Assembly: GCA_000002435.2 (NCBI GenBank)
Contig: CM018791.1
DNA from: Giardia intestinalis
Taxonomy: Eukaryota
Length of the DNA: 64,000 bases
Direction: 5' to 3' (one strand)
Shown piece after piece: positions 48,701-57,311 of this stretch. Positions within the stretch are counted from its first letter, which is position 1; every line of letters begins with the position of its first letter. Both the position numbers and the translations under genes were made by a program. Under the pieces are notes generated by a model. The model did not search any database. It was given only the letters and a program-made list of their open reading frames with translations, and was not told where the DNA came from.

Positions 48701-48945
48701 AGCATTCCTGGAGTCCAAACGAAAGCCCAGAGATCATGGATAAGATAGCACGCCTGGCCATCACCCTTAAACAGCAAACGGATGAAGTGGAGAGTGTTGA
48801 CCGGGCACTATGCGGAGTTGTGCACGCACTAAGCACCCTTCTATCAGACGAGACAGGAAGCATAACTGATTTCAAACGCATGCTGACTCAGATCAAGAAC
48901 GAGGTGCTGAAGAGTCATTCCAGGATCTCCAGAAGGACTGCATAG
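45730..48945 (+). CDS. Large coiled-coil protein (1071 aa), likely cytoskeletal
   Basis: The ORF-track start at 45649 is upstream; the first ATG is at 45730 (MTISGTYPGDKG). The N-terminal ~450 aa are an almost continuous heptad/charged coiled coil (EQQQKDFATMILDVEEKSRLLEEEAATMRER...). Confidence 0.65.
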   Translation: MTISGTYPGDKGLLSADELSDIIEHLSTEYLSQPENLVKVKTALREYERCRRLLEQQQKDFATMILDVEEKSRLLEEEAATMRERCTQAEQELLELKADAAHNSDQLQQELQMYKSIAEMNTSTSNSALSTRSPVSASLVASAAHSQRIQELTNNISTLGRELDELSQRAQSAECRAHSAASRLQEVEKEALEALEASSEAVVRAATLESHNHELKATLMLKDSEIAKSMQANSSELDRLRSEAVSRSKELAVQAERIQTLSLQVTSLTNELTIATKGSAQKLERIAALESRISFIAAELDARNQSVESLTAELHDLTNQSSSLQTELNDARRHAADADLMVSVVQKERDTLSFTLSERVEQLTIKSAECAKLREEVDQLYTQVKEIEDSRSKAELSSLASLSERDKIAERNAQLQNEYDMLAEQYSSSVRAYELANEKLRLKESDEQAMLSVLKKRNDLINALDPRITFPTVLEMRSAPEIVPHENGTYVFIDVYNSEIKDINTKLERQHTQIKALEAETCLLSQKLEFYHSIIEKAETSVSDFGFAIRNEQLEYSELRKELRSMVERVSTYVIQKTIGEVDPPKVAAGQSIPTTSSADLQIDKALSSSWYDLTVAEISRAAATSTPAPSKLGQHHSELTNHAHVPMANGMQLTYDVNGNESISRSVSASISPRSKDTVRHRSKKGPSPLKTIATRVQEAKPQHPQTLHLENTFLRAKLREVSESCMQVFTQLMSNPSSLYTNEQIAKMKEQVLRISGSAMDHTDGSSDNGVFTSPQLGTIFAEAVESAERSLERPSLFDSKDSPSCPGGPINSMEIVRAPNSEIVKEYIVTFPAKESTVYHIHFDIMKKRDAEAVRVIADCYTELFYTCQYQSYAIAKLEEHIQRVCSELKHFEESMRMAETVQQQANSKFLITVWDLLQTYLNEDSRKIEMLDRRVAEMEQHTAQLTSDCTDSVLLQESQLMRSAILLAVDRIAPFIMIDKTDIQDIQHSWSPNESPEIMDKIARLAITLKQQTDEVESVDRALCGVVHALSTLLSDETGSITDFKRMLTQIKNEVLKSHSRISRRTA

Positions 48946-50261
48946 GTGAACGTAAGCGCTAAGTTTCTTACTAACTTTCTTGAAAAGGAAGTGTTTGGGA
49001 TGCTTATCGATGTCTCCATCGCATTGTCTGCCTTGAGGAGGCGTACGATAGCCGCATCGACCTTTGCTGGTGACGCAGCCATAACGAAAAAGCGTAGGAA
49101 CACGCGGCGCTGAAGAATGCATACATCTTCTTTTAGATTGATGAACGATAAAAGCTGCTCCTGGACAGAGTAATCGGTAACGTGCTTGAAGACGCTTCCA
49201 CACGCCTCTCCTGTTCTTCTGATGTCAGAGAGGCATTTTGTCGCACATTCACTGTATAGCTCTGCGAACGTGTCCACAAAGGAAGACACCCAGCCCGTCT
49301 GCAGCAACTTTTGAAGCGTTTGAGGATAAAGCGAGCAATTCTCAATGCTTTCCCACATGTCCGGGCTAAAGTCTACGTCGCTATAACTATTTATGTCCCC
49401 GAGTGCTTGCAAAAGTAGTTGTCTCCTGTCCTCCCAAGAGGTGAGCACTGATACCTTGTGAATGAAGTCCGACAATGATAAGGATGATAATAGAAGAGTA
49501 GCGAATGACGGATGTGCCTTTGATGAACTTGTTATGGCAGCTATGCAGACAACATGTGTAGCTAGATAGGAAAAGGGATCATACGTAGGATCCGTGGCGC
49601 GTCGGTTATCAAAGTATCCTGGTTGCAGACGCAGCAACGTATTGCGCAGGCGCTCCCAACTGTCAACTGGTTGTAGCGACGGTGTCTCAGATGATGTCAT
49701 CGGTGCTTTAGTAAGACTTAGTAAAGCTGACGCCCTCTGAATTAACGCCTGCATTCGCAAATTGCTCGGCATATGTCCGGTATGATAGAGGCCGAAGCTT
49801 TCCAGTAAGTAAATATTGTCTGTGCAGGGCGGCGCTTTCTGCTCCTCTGGCGTCATACTCACTACTGCACGAGATACCAGGTCGCGCACAAAGGGTATCC
49901 TGTAGTACAGGATAGACAATCCTGAGCAGACATAAAGAAACTTTATGCTAGGACAGGTGGAGGTAAGAAGCCTAAGGGCCTTCTCGCCAGACTCTCTGAG
50001 GTCTAGCCTCAACAGTTGAGCCGCAAGATACAGAGGCGCATGAAAATCGGCGCATCGAATCACAATGGAAATAAAACTGTCCAAATCATCATTTACCATG
50101 ACTTTCGACTTAATATTTTGGAGTGGCGAGGCTTGCATGAAGTAGAAGTAAGTGCGTGGATCACCCAGGCCGTGTAGATCGATATGCCAAGATACGCCGC
50201 CGGATGGTAGCAGACGATGCATATTCCTCCGGACCATTTCCATTATGATCAAGTATGTCAT
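48915..50261 (-). CDS. Hypothetical 448-aa protein; the start may be Met42 (nt 50138) if overlap with the upstream gene is avoided
   Basis: The ATG at 50259-50261 gives a 101-nt overlap with the stop of the upstream minus-strand gene. The next in-frame ATG (MQASPLQNIK) lies just past that stop. Confidence 0.5.
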   Translation of the reverse strand: MTYLIIMEMVRRNMHRLLPSGGVSWHIDLHGLGDPRTYFYFMQASPLQNIKSKVMVNDDLDSFISIVIRCADFHAPLYLAAQLLRLDLRESGEKALRLLTSTCPSIKFLYVCSGLSILYYRIPFVRDLVSRAVVSMTPEEQKAPPCTDNIYLLESFGLYHTGHMPSNLRMQALIQRASALLSLTKAPMTSSETPSLQPVDSWERLRNTLLRLQPGYFDNRRATDPTYDPFSYLATHVVCIAAITSSSKAHPSFATLLLSSLSLSDFIHKVSVLTSWEDRRQLLLQALGDINSYSDVDFSPDMWESIENCSLYPQTLQKLLQTGWVSSFVDTFAELYSECATKCLSDIRRTGEACGSVFKHVTDYSVQEQLLSFINLKEDVCILQRRVFLRFFVMAASPAKVDAAIVRLLKADNAMETSISIPNTSFSRKLVRNLALTFTYAVLLEILE

Positions 50262-51933
50262 ACTCGTCCCCCAAAAGCAGTCCGATTACGCTCAGGTGGC
50301 CTGCAGCTGCAGCATACATCAGAGCTGTATGTCCGCTACTGTCCTGCAAACGTAGTAGGTGTTTCGCTTTCACAACTCCAGCTAGATCCCCTGTGCTGGC
50401 AGCTAGCATCAGGTCAGTAGCTAAAGCTTCCGAGTTGATATCTATCGTAAGGATCTCTTTGGGAGCAGAAGAGGGTGATGATTGATTAAGCGTAGGCGTT
50501 CCACTTCGAGCAATGGGCATCTCTTCCATGCGGGATAGGCTATGAGCGCGCTTCTGCTTTGGTGACTCATTTCTCCCTCTTTTGGCAGTACTCTGGATTG
50601 CAAGATCAGACTGCATAGAGGTAACCTCCTCTTCACTCGATGTCTTGAACAAGAATGAGCGCCTATGAGTCCCATCTGCAGAGGAGCGTCGAGTGGACCG
50701 GGGAGCCACGTCCCGAGGCACCTCCTTGTACAGTAAGGAGGAGACCGTCTTGGACAGCGCAGGGTAGTCTGGATGACTAATGTGGAAGCCTACAACGTAA
50801 TTACTTGTTAAATCCATGTGCATGTAAGATACAATAAAGCTGGTCAGGTTCAAACAAAACTGGTTCCAGGCACCTTCTTTAAATGAGGCACTAGGGACTA
50901 AATTAGATCCCAGCTCTTCCATTACCTTCGGAAAGTTATACTTGAGAGGAAGCAAGCGCAGCATAAAGCAGGAGTTGCCGAAGTAGGCGATGTTGCAGGG
51001 GTGAATAAGTGCCGACAGGTCCAAGAGTCTGACAAAGCGAGTTTCAAATACAGCCTTACCTATTGACAGCAGCGTTATAAACAGAGAAGTAAGTTCAAAG
51101 TCTGTGAATTTCGCCTGTTGTGCCTTTAGTTCATGAAGCTTGCTCATCAGAGATGGAATGTTTGGCATTGCCTTTGGAAGCAAAATGACACGATTGCGCT
51201 CTTCAAGATACACAAGCCTGGCATAAGGGGAGACGTTTGGATGGTAAAAGGCCTTGATAGCAACAAGCAGTGACCGGACGTTGTCGGGCTGGAGTTCAGA
51301 TGTGGAGTAGGTTAACGAGGAAGTGGAGAAGAAAAGCTCTGCATTAGTGCATAGCTGTAGTGATCTGAGAATGTACGATTGATTAAGGCTGGGCACTCTG
51401 GCCGTACATGCGGCGTTCTGACTGGAGCCAACGGGCGAAGAAGCCGGAAGGACGCCAACCGGCCGCTGGATAGCGTCAAGTATTATTTCTGTGCTCGGAG
51501 ACCTGGCGTGTTGCGACTGTGAAGAATTGTATCCAGATTGCTCAAACTTTTCGATCAGAAGTGAGGAATTAGGGGATGACATCGTGCTGCTTGAAGGCAT
51601 CCCACTTCGAAATGGAGGGCTCTTGGCCGTGGGGGACGGGATTTGAACGCGCAAGGAGGTCTCCAGTGATGCTTCCTGCTCATCCAGAAGGGCGAGAATC
51701 TCTGGATCATCGCATAGTTCGCGCACACCGTTGCCCTCATGGTCACGGATGTCTGCTTCGTATGGGAGGAGTTGGAAAATGGCTTCCTTAAATGCGGTGA
51801 TTATGGCATAGAGTAGAGCTGTACGGCCCAGTTTATCTCTATTTGTTACCCATAAGTCCAGGCTTTCTTTGAGTTTAGAGCTGTCCCGCTTAAGTACCAG
51901 CAGAATCAAAGGTGATGCAGGCCGCCCTATCAT
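50161..51933 (-). CDS. Ankyrin-repeat / degenerate NEK-like pseudokinase protein
   Basis: The ORF-track start at 51963 is TTG; the first ATG is at 51931-51933 (MIGRPASP), preceded by TGTGTTTAAAATTTGAA. N- and C-terminal ankyrin repeats. The central kinase-like region retains VAIK and HPNV but has degenerate catalytic (TRFVRLLDLSALIHPCN) and DFG (YFG) motifs. Confidence 0.65.
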   Translation of the reverse strand: MIGRPASPLILLVLKRDSSKLKESLDLWVTNRDKLGRTALLYAIITAFKEAIFQLLPYEADIRDHEGNGVRELCDDPEILALLDEQEASLETSLRVQIPSPTAKSPPFRSGMPSSSTMSSPNSSLLIEKFEQSGYNSSQSQHARSPSTEIILDAIQRPVGVLPASSPVGSSQNAACTARVPSLNQSYILRSLQLCTNAELFFSTSSLTYSTSELQPDNVRSLLVAIKAFYHPNVSPYARLVYLEERNRVILLPKAMPNIPSLMSKLHELKAQQAKFTDFELTSLFITLLSIGKAVFETRFVRLLDLSALIHPCNIAYFGNSCFMLRLLPLKYNFPKVMEELGSNLVPSASFKEGAWNQFCLNLTSFIVSYMHMDLTSNYVVGFHISHPDYPALSKTVSSLLYKEVPRDVAPRSTRRSSADGTHRRSFLFKTSSEEEVTSMQSDLAIQSTAKRGRNESPKQKRAHSLSRMEEMPIARSGTPTLNQSSPSSAPKEILTIDINSEALATDLMLAASTGDLAGVVKAKHLLRLQDSSGHTALMYAAAAGHLSVIGLLLGDEYDILDHNGNGPEEYASSATIRRRILAYRSTRPG

Positions 51934-52268
51934 TTCAAATTTTAAACACAAGCCCTCTGGCAAAGGGCTGCATGATCCGATGCACGACGCATGTGGTAAC
52001 AGTTAACTAGTGGGTAATCTGTACCTCTGCTCTTTTCTTTACAGATCATATGTTCCGTTTCAACGAAGAGATAGATGACCAGGTACAGGAAATAGAACTA
52101 CGGCATGAGTTTCCAATAACCCAGAAGGATCTGCCGTAGATCCAGAAGCATGAAAATAGCGTGTTTTAACTAATTAAATCCAATGGGCAACTGTCTCAAT
52201 GTCGTTTTATGCTCACAATTCTCAATCAAAAAACATAGAAGCGCTGCGAGTGTATCAAGCGCTGTGAA

Positions 52269-53390
52269 ATGGGCAACATTTGCAGTAGCATGGAGGAAGA
52301 GTACTACACAGAGCTCAGGAAGGGAGTGGGAAATGACCTCGTTAAGGAACTGCAGTATGACTTTGCTTCTGTCAACTTTCTTGAAACCTTCTATCCTCAG
52401 ATGGTCGCACAGGACTTTTGGTCCATCGTTAGGCAACGTTCAAAGTGCAAGGAAGGTGACAAAGACGCGCGAGTTTCATATAGTAGCTTGCGTCGATACT
52501 TGCGCAAAACCTACAACATGGTCACAGACACTGACGTGGACACCCTCTACCGGATAGTACTGCCCAATGTGCGGAGATCCCGTGCTGCAATTGAGGATTT
52601 GAAATCCGAGAAAGTGGACATTTTGACCTTTATGCGGATCTCCTACTTGTTCTACAGATTTTACGACATCCTCCACGATCCGCAGATATGGATATTTTAT
52701 TGGGCAGATACATTTTATACAGGATACGCATCTCTAATGACTGTGCAGGCTCTCACAGCCTTTACGTATCAACTCGACAAGAAGGATATGCGGTACCTAT
52801 TCCGCGTGATACAAAACTCGGCTGGATGGATGGGGATTGACCAGTGGCCGATCCTATCCGAAGGTCTTGAATCTCTTGAAAAAGTGTCTAGAAGTACTCA
52901 GGTCTATGCAAATCAGGAAAAACGAGCAGTTGTCTTCAAACGGAACAGAGAAAAGGCCATGGCAGATAAGAATTCGCTTGAGAAGGAGGTAGAGCGGGCT
53001 ACAGAAGTTCAGAACGAGGGCGCAGCCACAGATTCCATACCAGAGCAGCAAGGGAATACCGCATTCTTTTCACGGAAAAACCTAGATATACTGAACAAGC
53101 GGGCTCTTCTCCTAGCCCAGGGTGTCAATGAAATAGATGTAATGCGTCTTTTAAAGATGAGCACGAGCCAGACTAGTGCCCATTCCCCCAACGTCCCAGC
53201 CCCACCAGCCATGGCTTCGCACGGAGATATGTGGGGGTCATCAAAAGATAGTAAGGTGCCCAGTACGCATGAGAAACTAGCTGGGGCACCAGAGAGTGAA
53301 GCGGACAAGGCTGTGGTAGAAGCTGAAGTCGTGGGCGTTGCCCGGTTGGTACTCACCCCAATTAGGGAAGATGCGTCATCAGAAACCTAA
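52269..53390 (+). CDS. Hypothetical 373-aa protein with N-terminal MGNICSS (myristoylation/palmitoylation-type) motif
   Basis: ATG at 52269. Gly2 plus Cys5/Ser6/Ser7 match the N-myristoyl consensus MGxxxS with an adjacent Cys. Confidence 0.55.
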   Translation: MGNICSSMEEEYYTELRKGVGNDLVKELQYDFASVNFLETFYPQMVAQDFWSIVRQRSKCKEGDKDARVSYSSLRRYLRKTYNMVTDTDVDTLYRIVLPNVRRSRAAIEDLKSEKVDILTFMRISYLFYRFYDILHDPQIWIFYWADTFYTGYASLMTVQALTAFTYQLDKKDMRYLFRVIQNSAGWMGIDQWPILSEGLESLEKVSRSTQVYANQEKRAVVFKRNREKAMADKNSLEKEVERATEVQNEGAATDSIPEQQGNTAFFSRKNLDILNKRALLLAQGVNEIDVMRLLKMSTSQTSAHSPNVPAPPAMASHGDMWGSSKDSKVPSTHEKLAGAPESEADKAVVEAEVVGVARLVLTPIREDASSET

Positions 53391-53519
53391 GGTCAGATAG
53401 CCCTATTAAAGATTTCCACGTCTACAAGCGTAGACATTAGACTTGAGTTAGTAATGTTAGTAATGTTCATACGACTACAGACGTAGCCCTAGAGAGAAAA
53501 ATAAAAAGGCGGAGTACAC

Positions 53520-54677
53520 ATGCAGAACCACTCGTTCCTCGGAAAGACCGTCCTGATAACTGGCGGATGTGGCTTCATAGGGTCTCATTTTGTGGAGGCC
53601 TGCCACGTTCTCGGCATGACCGTCTACGTACTAGATAACCTCTCATCAGGAAAAAATGTGTTTAAAACCACGTCTGACTGCAGCTCGTCTTTGGTGTACA
53701 CCATCGGAGATATCAGGGACAAAGCAATTTTCTCCCGCCTCCCTCAGAAGATAGACTTTGTCATTCACCTCGCTGCAGCCGTATCAGTTGCAGAGTCGGT
53801 TACTAATCCCCAGAAGTACATGTTGACAAACGTGGAGGGAAGTAGGAATGTTTTCCAATATGCCGTCGATGCCAAAGCATCCGCTGTTCTGTCTGCGTCC
53901 ACGGCTGCATACTACGGAGATTGTGGGAAAAGCGCTATCACTGAGGCCTTCCCATATGGAGGGATCTCTCCATACGCAGAATCTAAAATGGAAATGGAGA
54001 GACTTGGGGCCGAGTTCCAGAAGACCTCGCGCTGCAGATTCATCTTCTGCCGATTCTTCAATGTGTATGGGCCGCGTCAGGACCCATCGTCGCCCTACAC
54101 TGGAGTGATGTCCATCTTTATGGACAGGTGTGCAGCAAGGAAGCCGATAACCATCTTCGGAACTGGGGAGCAGACCCGTGACTTTGTGTTCATCAAAGAC
54201 CTCATTGTCGCCGCCATAAACCTGCTTGGTCAGCTAGACAAGTTCCCTATTGGAGCGGACGCTGTCCAACAGAACGACCCCGAGGAGGTCCAACGCAGTG
54301 CATATACTGGCGAAGGCGTATACCCGACTGTTTTCAATATAGGCTCTGGGATATCGATATCGGTCAACGAGCTCGCAGAGTTGGCAAAGATTGTGAGCGG
54401 GAGACACGAGGTGGAGATTGTGCACGGGGAGCCTCGCAGTGGGGATATCCTCCATTCCCTCTCTGACTGTACCCGTATCCGCAATGCCACAGGATGGTCA
54501 GCTAGCACGACCCTGCGCGTTGGCATGTCTGAAACATGGGGATGGGCAGCGGGTGAGATCTCCTATCTGTCTGGGGACCTCGTCAGAGTGTTGGAAAATG
54601 AGCTTAAGATCGATGGAGTCCCGGTGGCCAAAAGCCTCTGTGGAAAGGATGCGGATGTCAAGGAGATTGGTCTATAG
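53520..54677 (+). CDS. NAD-dependent sugar-nucleotide epimerase/dehydratase (extended SDR; UDP-hexose/UDP-GlcNAc 4-epimerase-like)
   Basis: Rossmann motif TGGCGFIGSH near the N-terminus and the catalytic YAESK (YxxxK). 385-aa length. Confidence 0.8.
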   Translation: MQNHSFLGKTVLITGGCGFIGSHFVEACHVLGMTVYVLDNLSSGKNVFKTTSDCSSSLVYTIGDIRDKAIFSRLPQKIDFVIHLAAAVSVAESVTNPQKYMLTNVEGSRNVFQYAVDAKASAVLSASTAAYYGDCGKSAITEAFPYGGISPYAESKMEMERLGAEFQKTSRCRFIFCRFFNVYGPRQDPSSPYTGVMSIFMDRCAARKPITIFGTGEQTRDFVFIKDLIVAAINLLGQLDKFPIGADAVQQNDPEEVQRSAYTGEGVYPTVFNIGSGISISVNELAELAKIVSGRHEVEIVHGEPRSGDILHSLSDCTRIRNATGWSASTTLRVGMSETWGWAAGEISYLSGDLVRVLENELKIDGVPVAKSLCGKDADVKEIGL

Positions 54678-54729
54678 CTCTGAGTATGAAGCTCTGCGTA
54701 AACCTTGCAAAAGATAAATTTAGAGTTAG

Positions 54730-57291
54730 ATGTTGCCGAACTTAGCATCGGAATACCTCAACAGGCACAGGCTTCTGTCCAGGATCGAGGACGCACTGAA
54801 CACGTGCATCGCAAGCAACTTGGATTCGCCTGAGGCATATATTGCATCGGCTTTGATGCAGATGTCCCCCGGCCCATGCACGATCACCAAAGTCATGCTT
54901 CTACCTACAAACGAAGTTCTGTATACCGTGCGCTTTTGCGAGATCCTTCGAAGCTTCACATATCAACTGAAACCGGGCAATTTTAATAAGCTCGCTACAC
55001 TGTGTCTATCTTCCATTTCAGTGGGTGCCCTGCCTTCTGAGACTGTCCGTGAGTTTCTTCCTTCACTGTCCTTATCCACTTCTACGAATAGTGTGACACC
55101 GTCAACTGGGTCCAGAGCGCAAAGTTCGCAGAAAGATCGTGCCAAGTCTGAGGCAAAAGAAGACTCCAAACAAGACCGGAATTCGTCTGCATGCGTGACT
55201 ACATATGCAGAGCCTCTATTTTTCGATGAAAATCTCAAAACTCCTCTGCACGACATGAACATATTCGAAAAGGTAAATAACATTTGGCCGCTCCTGCTGA
55301 AGCACATTGGTGGCGACCGTGAGCTAGGCCTAGAGCTATATGAACATCTTTTTGATATGAGCCTTCAGATGCTTTCGTCGTCTCGCATACTGGAGCTGCG
55401 AAGGCGGGCGACAAACGTTAACAGCCTAACGATAAGGTGTCCCATCCCGATGTTTGTTGTGTTTTCATGGGGCACAATTCTCAACCTTGCCCTTGTACCA
55501 GTGGGCAGTTCTCTGCTCTCATTTCAGGCATTAATTCACGAACTGAACAGTTATGCCACTAGTACGCTTATGGGTGATGGAGCCGCTGGCTCAGGTGCAA
55601 CCAAGAAAAAAGCTGATGTGGCCACTTTGTCTGACCCTGGAGCAATCTTTCCTATCTTGCTCAAGCAAGAGCCAGGCCTTCACGTCTCAACTGAAAATCC
55701 TGCGACAGTGAGACTTCTAGAACTCAAGGACGAATATTTCGAGATGCGAACATTTGACAGCGTGAGGCCCACCGTAAGGGAGAAGACTGCAGGAGCGCAA
55801 ATCAACAGGCCCAGTGACCGGCTAAGAAAGTACTTTGGTGTAGTCGCCATCTTTCGTGCTTTGGTCGATATTCTTCAAAAGACCAATGAAGACTGGAGGC
55901 GTTCGGCCAAGATACAAGTCACATTAGACTTACCAGAGATAGTAGCCGATATGAAGTGCGTTACAGCAAATGCTGACGACGTACTAAGGGAGCTGAAGGA
56001 ACGAGTGGATGCGGTTTACCCTAACTGCAGATCCATCACTCCCAATTACTCTAGCATGGTTGGATTCCTCAACTCCTTTGAAGCCCGCCCGCTTGTTTCT
56101 GAATTCGAGCTGTTCCTGTTCAACATTCTCCTGAGCCAGAAATGGGGCCATTTGGACATGTCGTTTACTGACTGTAAGAACGTTCCGGAGGAGTCTGTCA
56201 GCATAGAATACGACCCTGTTGCTGAGGCTGCCAAGCAAGAGGTAGCACAGGCCGCACCAAAGAAGGGAACTAAGCAGCCGCCACCACAAGCTCAGCAAAG
56301 CCCTCCAGGAGCTGCAGACGACTCTGGCTACAAGCCCCCTATCGTTTACCAATCTTACTCCAAGGAAGCTGTGGCTCGCCAAATATTGACGTCCATGTCC
56401 CAAAGCATGGCGCTGACCGAGGTCTCAAGGCAGGTCGGAGCTGTGCGTCCAGAGGAAGCGACTGTGTCGCTCTCTCTGTTCTTTGATAGCATGCCCCTGG
56501 TAAGTGCTCTAAATACTAAGCTTGCCAAGTACTTTCCCGTCCTTAGCGCGCAAGTCAAAGCAAACACGAGGCAATACACGAAGACTCCTGCCATTTGTGC
56601 CCTCGGTCAGGCCGAATATCTTGATGCTGTGTGCATACATTGCCACAATCTGGAGCCCGCAAAGGCCCTTCACTACCCAACAAAACTGATGCTACCCCAG
56701 GGATCACGCGAGAGCACCTCGTCGATAGCTGGCCAGGCTTCCATAATGAGCTTTAGAGGGGGCGAGAGGCAAATGGGTATCACGCCGAGAGCAGGGTCTA
56801 GGTTCGCTGGCCCTGGGTCCCAGGTCTCTGCGTCTGATCAGCGCGCGACGGCTTGTCTGAGCAAGGACAGCGTCGCAGATGCTGGAAGAGGTCTTACGCG
56901 AACAACGCTCCTAGATGATTCTGCATCTATCAGTAAAAGCCTCAGCCTAGTAGATGAAGTCAGCATATGTGAGGAGCCGACTAGCTTTAAGGGGATAGTG
57001 TTGTCTTACCAGGACAACGAGTCCACTGTGCTGACCACCGAGATAGAGAGTATGCCAGGAACCCAAGCAAACGAGGACGTTTCGCAGCGTGAGACTCCAA
57101 AGGAAAAGGGGAAAGAGAAAGAAGCGCCAAAGGCCAAGGACGTAGGCGCCGTGAGTGAAAACAGCTACATAAACAGGGTTACCTGCGCTCTGATTTATGG
57201 CTACGAAGGACTGCATATCAGCAACGTCAAAGAGATAGACGAGTTTGTCAACGTCTGCATGTACCTGAAGAGTGATGGACGTCTCGTTTGA
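54730..57291 (+). CDS. Hypothetical 853-aa protein with possible N-terminal RIIa/Dpy-30-like dimerisation motif
   Basis: N-terminus SEYLNRHRLLSRIEDALNTCIASNLDSPEAYIASALMQM. The remainder is low-complexity and Ser/Ala/Gln-rich. Confidence 0.55.
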   Translation: MLPNLASEYLNRHRLLSRIEDALNTCIASNLDSPEAYIASALMQMSPGPCTITKVMLLPTNEVLYTVRFCEILRSFTYQLKPGNFNKLATLCLSSISVGALPSETVREFLPSLSLSTSTNSVTPSTGSRAQSSQKDRAKSEAKEDSKQDRNSSACVTTYAEPLFFDENLKTPLHDMNIFEKVNNIWPLLLKHIGGDRELGLELYEHLFDMSLQMLSSSRILELRRRATNVNSLTIRCPIPMFVVFSWGTILNLALVPVGSSLLSFQALIHELNSYATSTLMGDGAAGSGATKKKADVATLSDPGAIFPILLKQEPGLHVSTENPATVRLLELKDEYFEMRTFDSVRPTVREKTAGAQINRPSDRLRKYFGVVAIFRALVDILQKTNEDWRRSAKIQVTLDLPEIVADMKCVTANADDVLRELKERVDAVYPNCRSITPNYSSMVGFLNSFEARPLVSEFELFLFNILLSQKWGHLDMSFTDCKNVPEESVSIEYDPVAEAAKQEVAQAAPKKGTKQPPPQAQQSPPGAADDSGYKPPIVYQSYSKEAVARQILTSMSQSMALTEVSRQVGAVRPEEATVSLSLFFDSMPLVSALNTKLAKYFPVLSAQVKANTRQYTKTPAICALGQAEYLDAVCIHCHNLEPAKALHYPTKLMLPQGSRESTSSIAGQASIMSFRGGERQMGITPRAGSRFAGPGSQVSASDQRATACLSKDSVADAGRGLTRTTLLDDSASISKSLSLVDEVSICEEPTSFKGIVLSYQDNESTVLTTEIESMPGTQANEDVSQRETPKEKGKEKEAPKAKDVGAVSENSYINRVTCALIYGYEGLHISNVKEIDEFVNVCMYLKSDGRLV

Positions 57292-57311
57292 GAAAACGGC
57301 AAATTCAAAAA

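Noticed and set aside
52183-52557. 124-aa ORF starting MGNCLNVV as an independent gene
   Set aside because: It is short, overlaps the much longer 373-aa ORF, and has no features beyond the start motif. I kept it only as a finding about the duplicated start, not as a feature.
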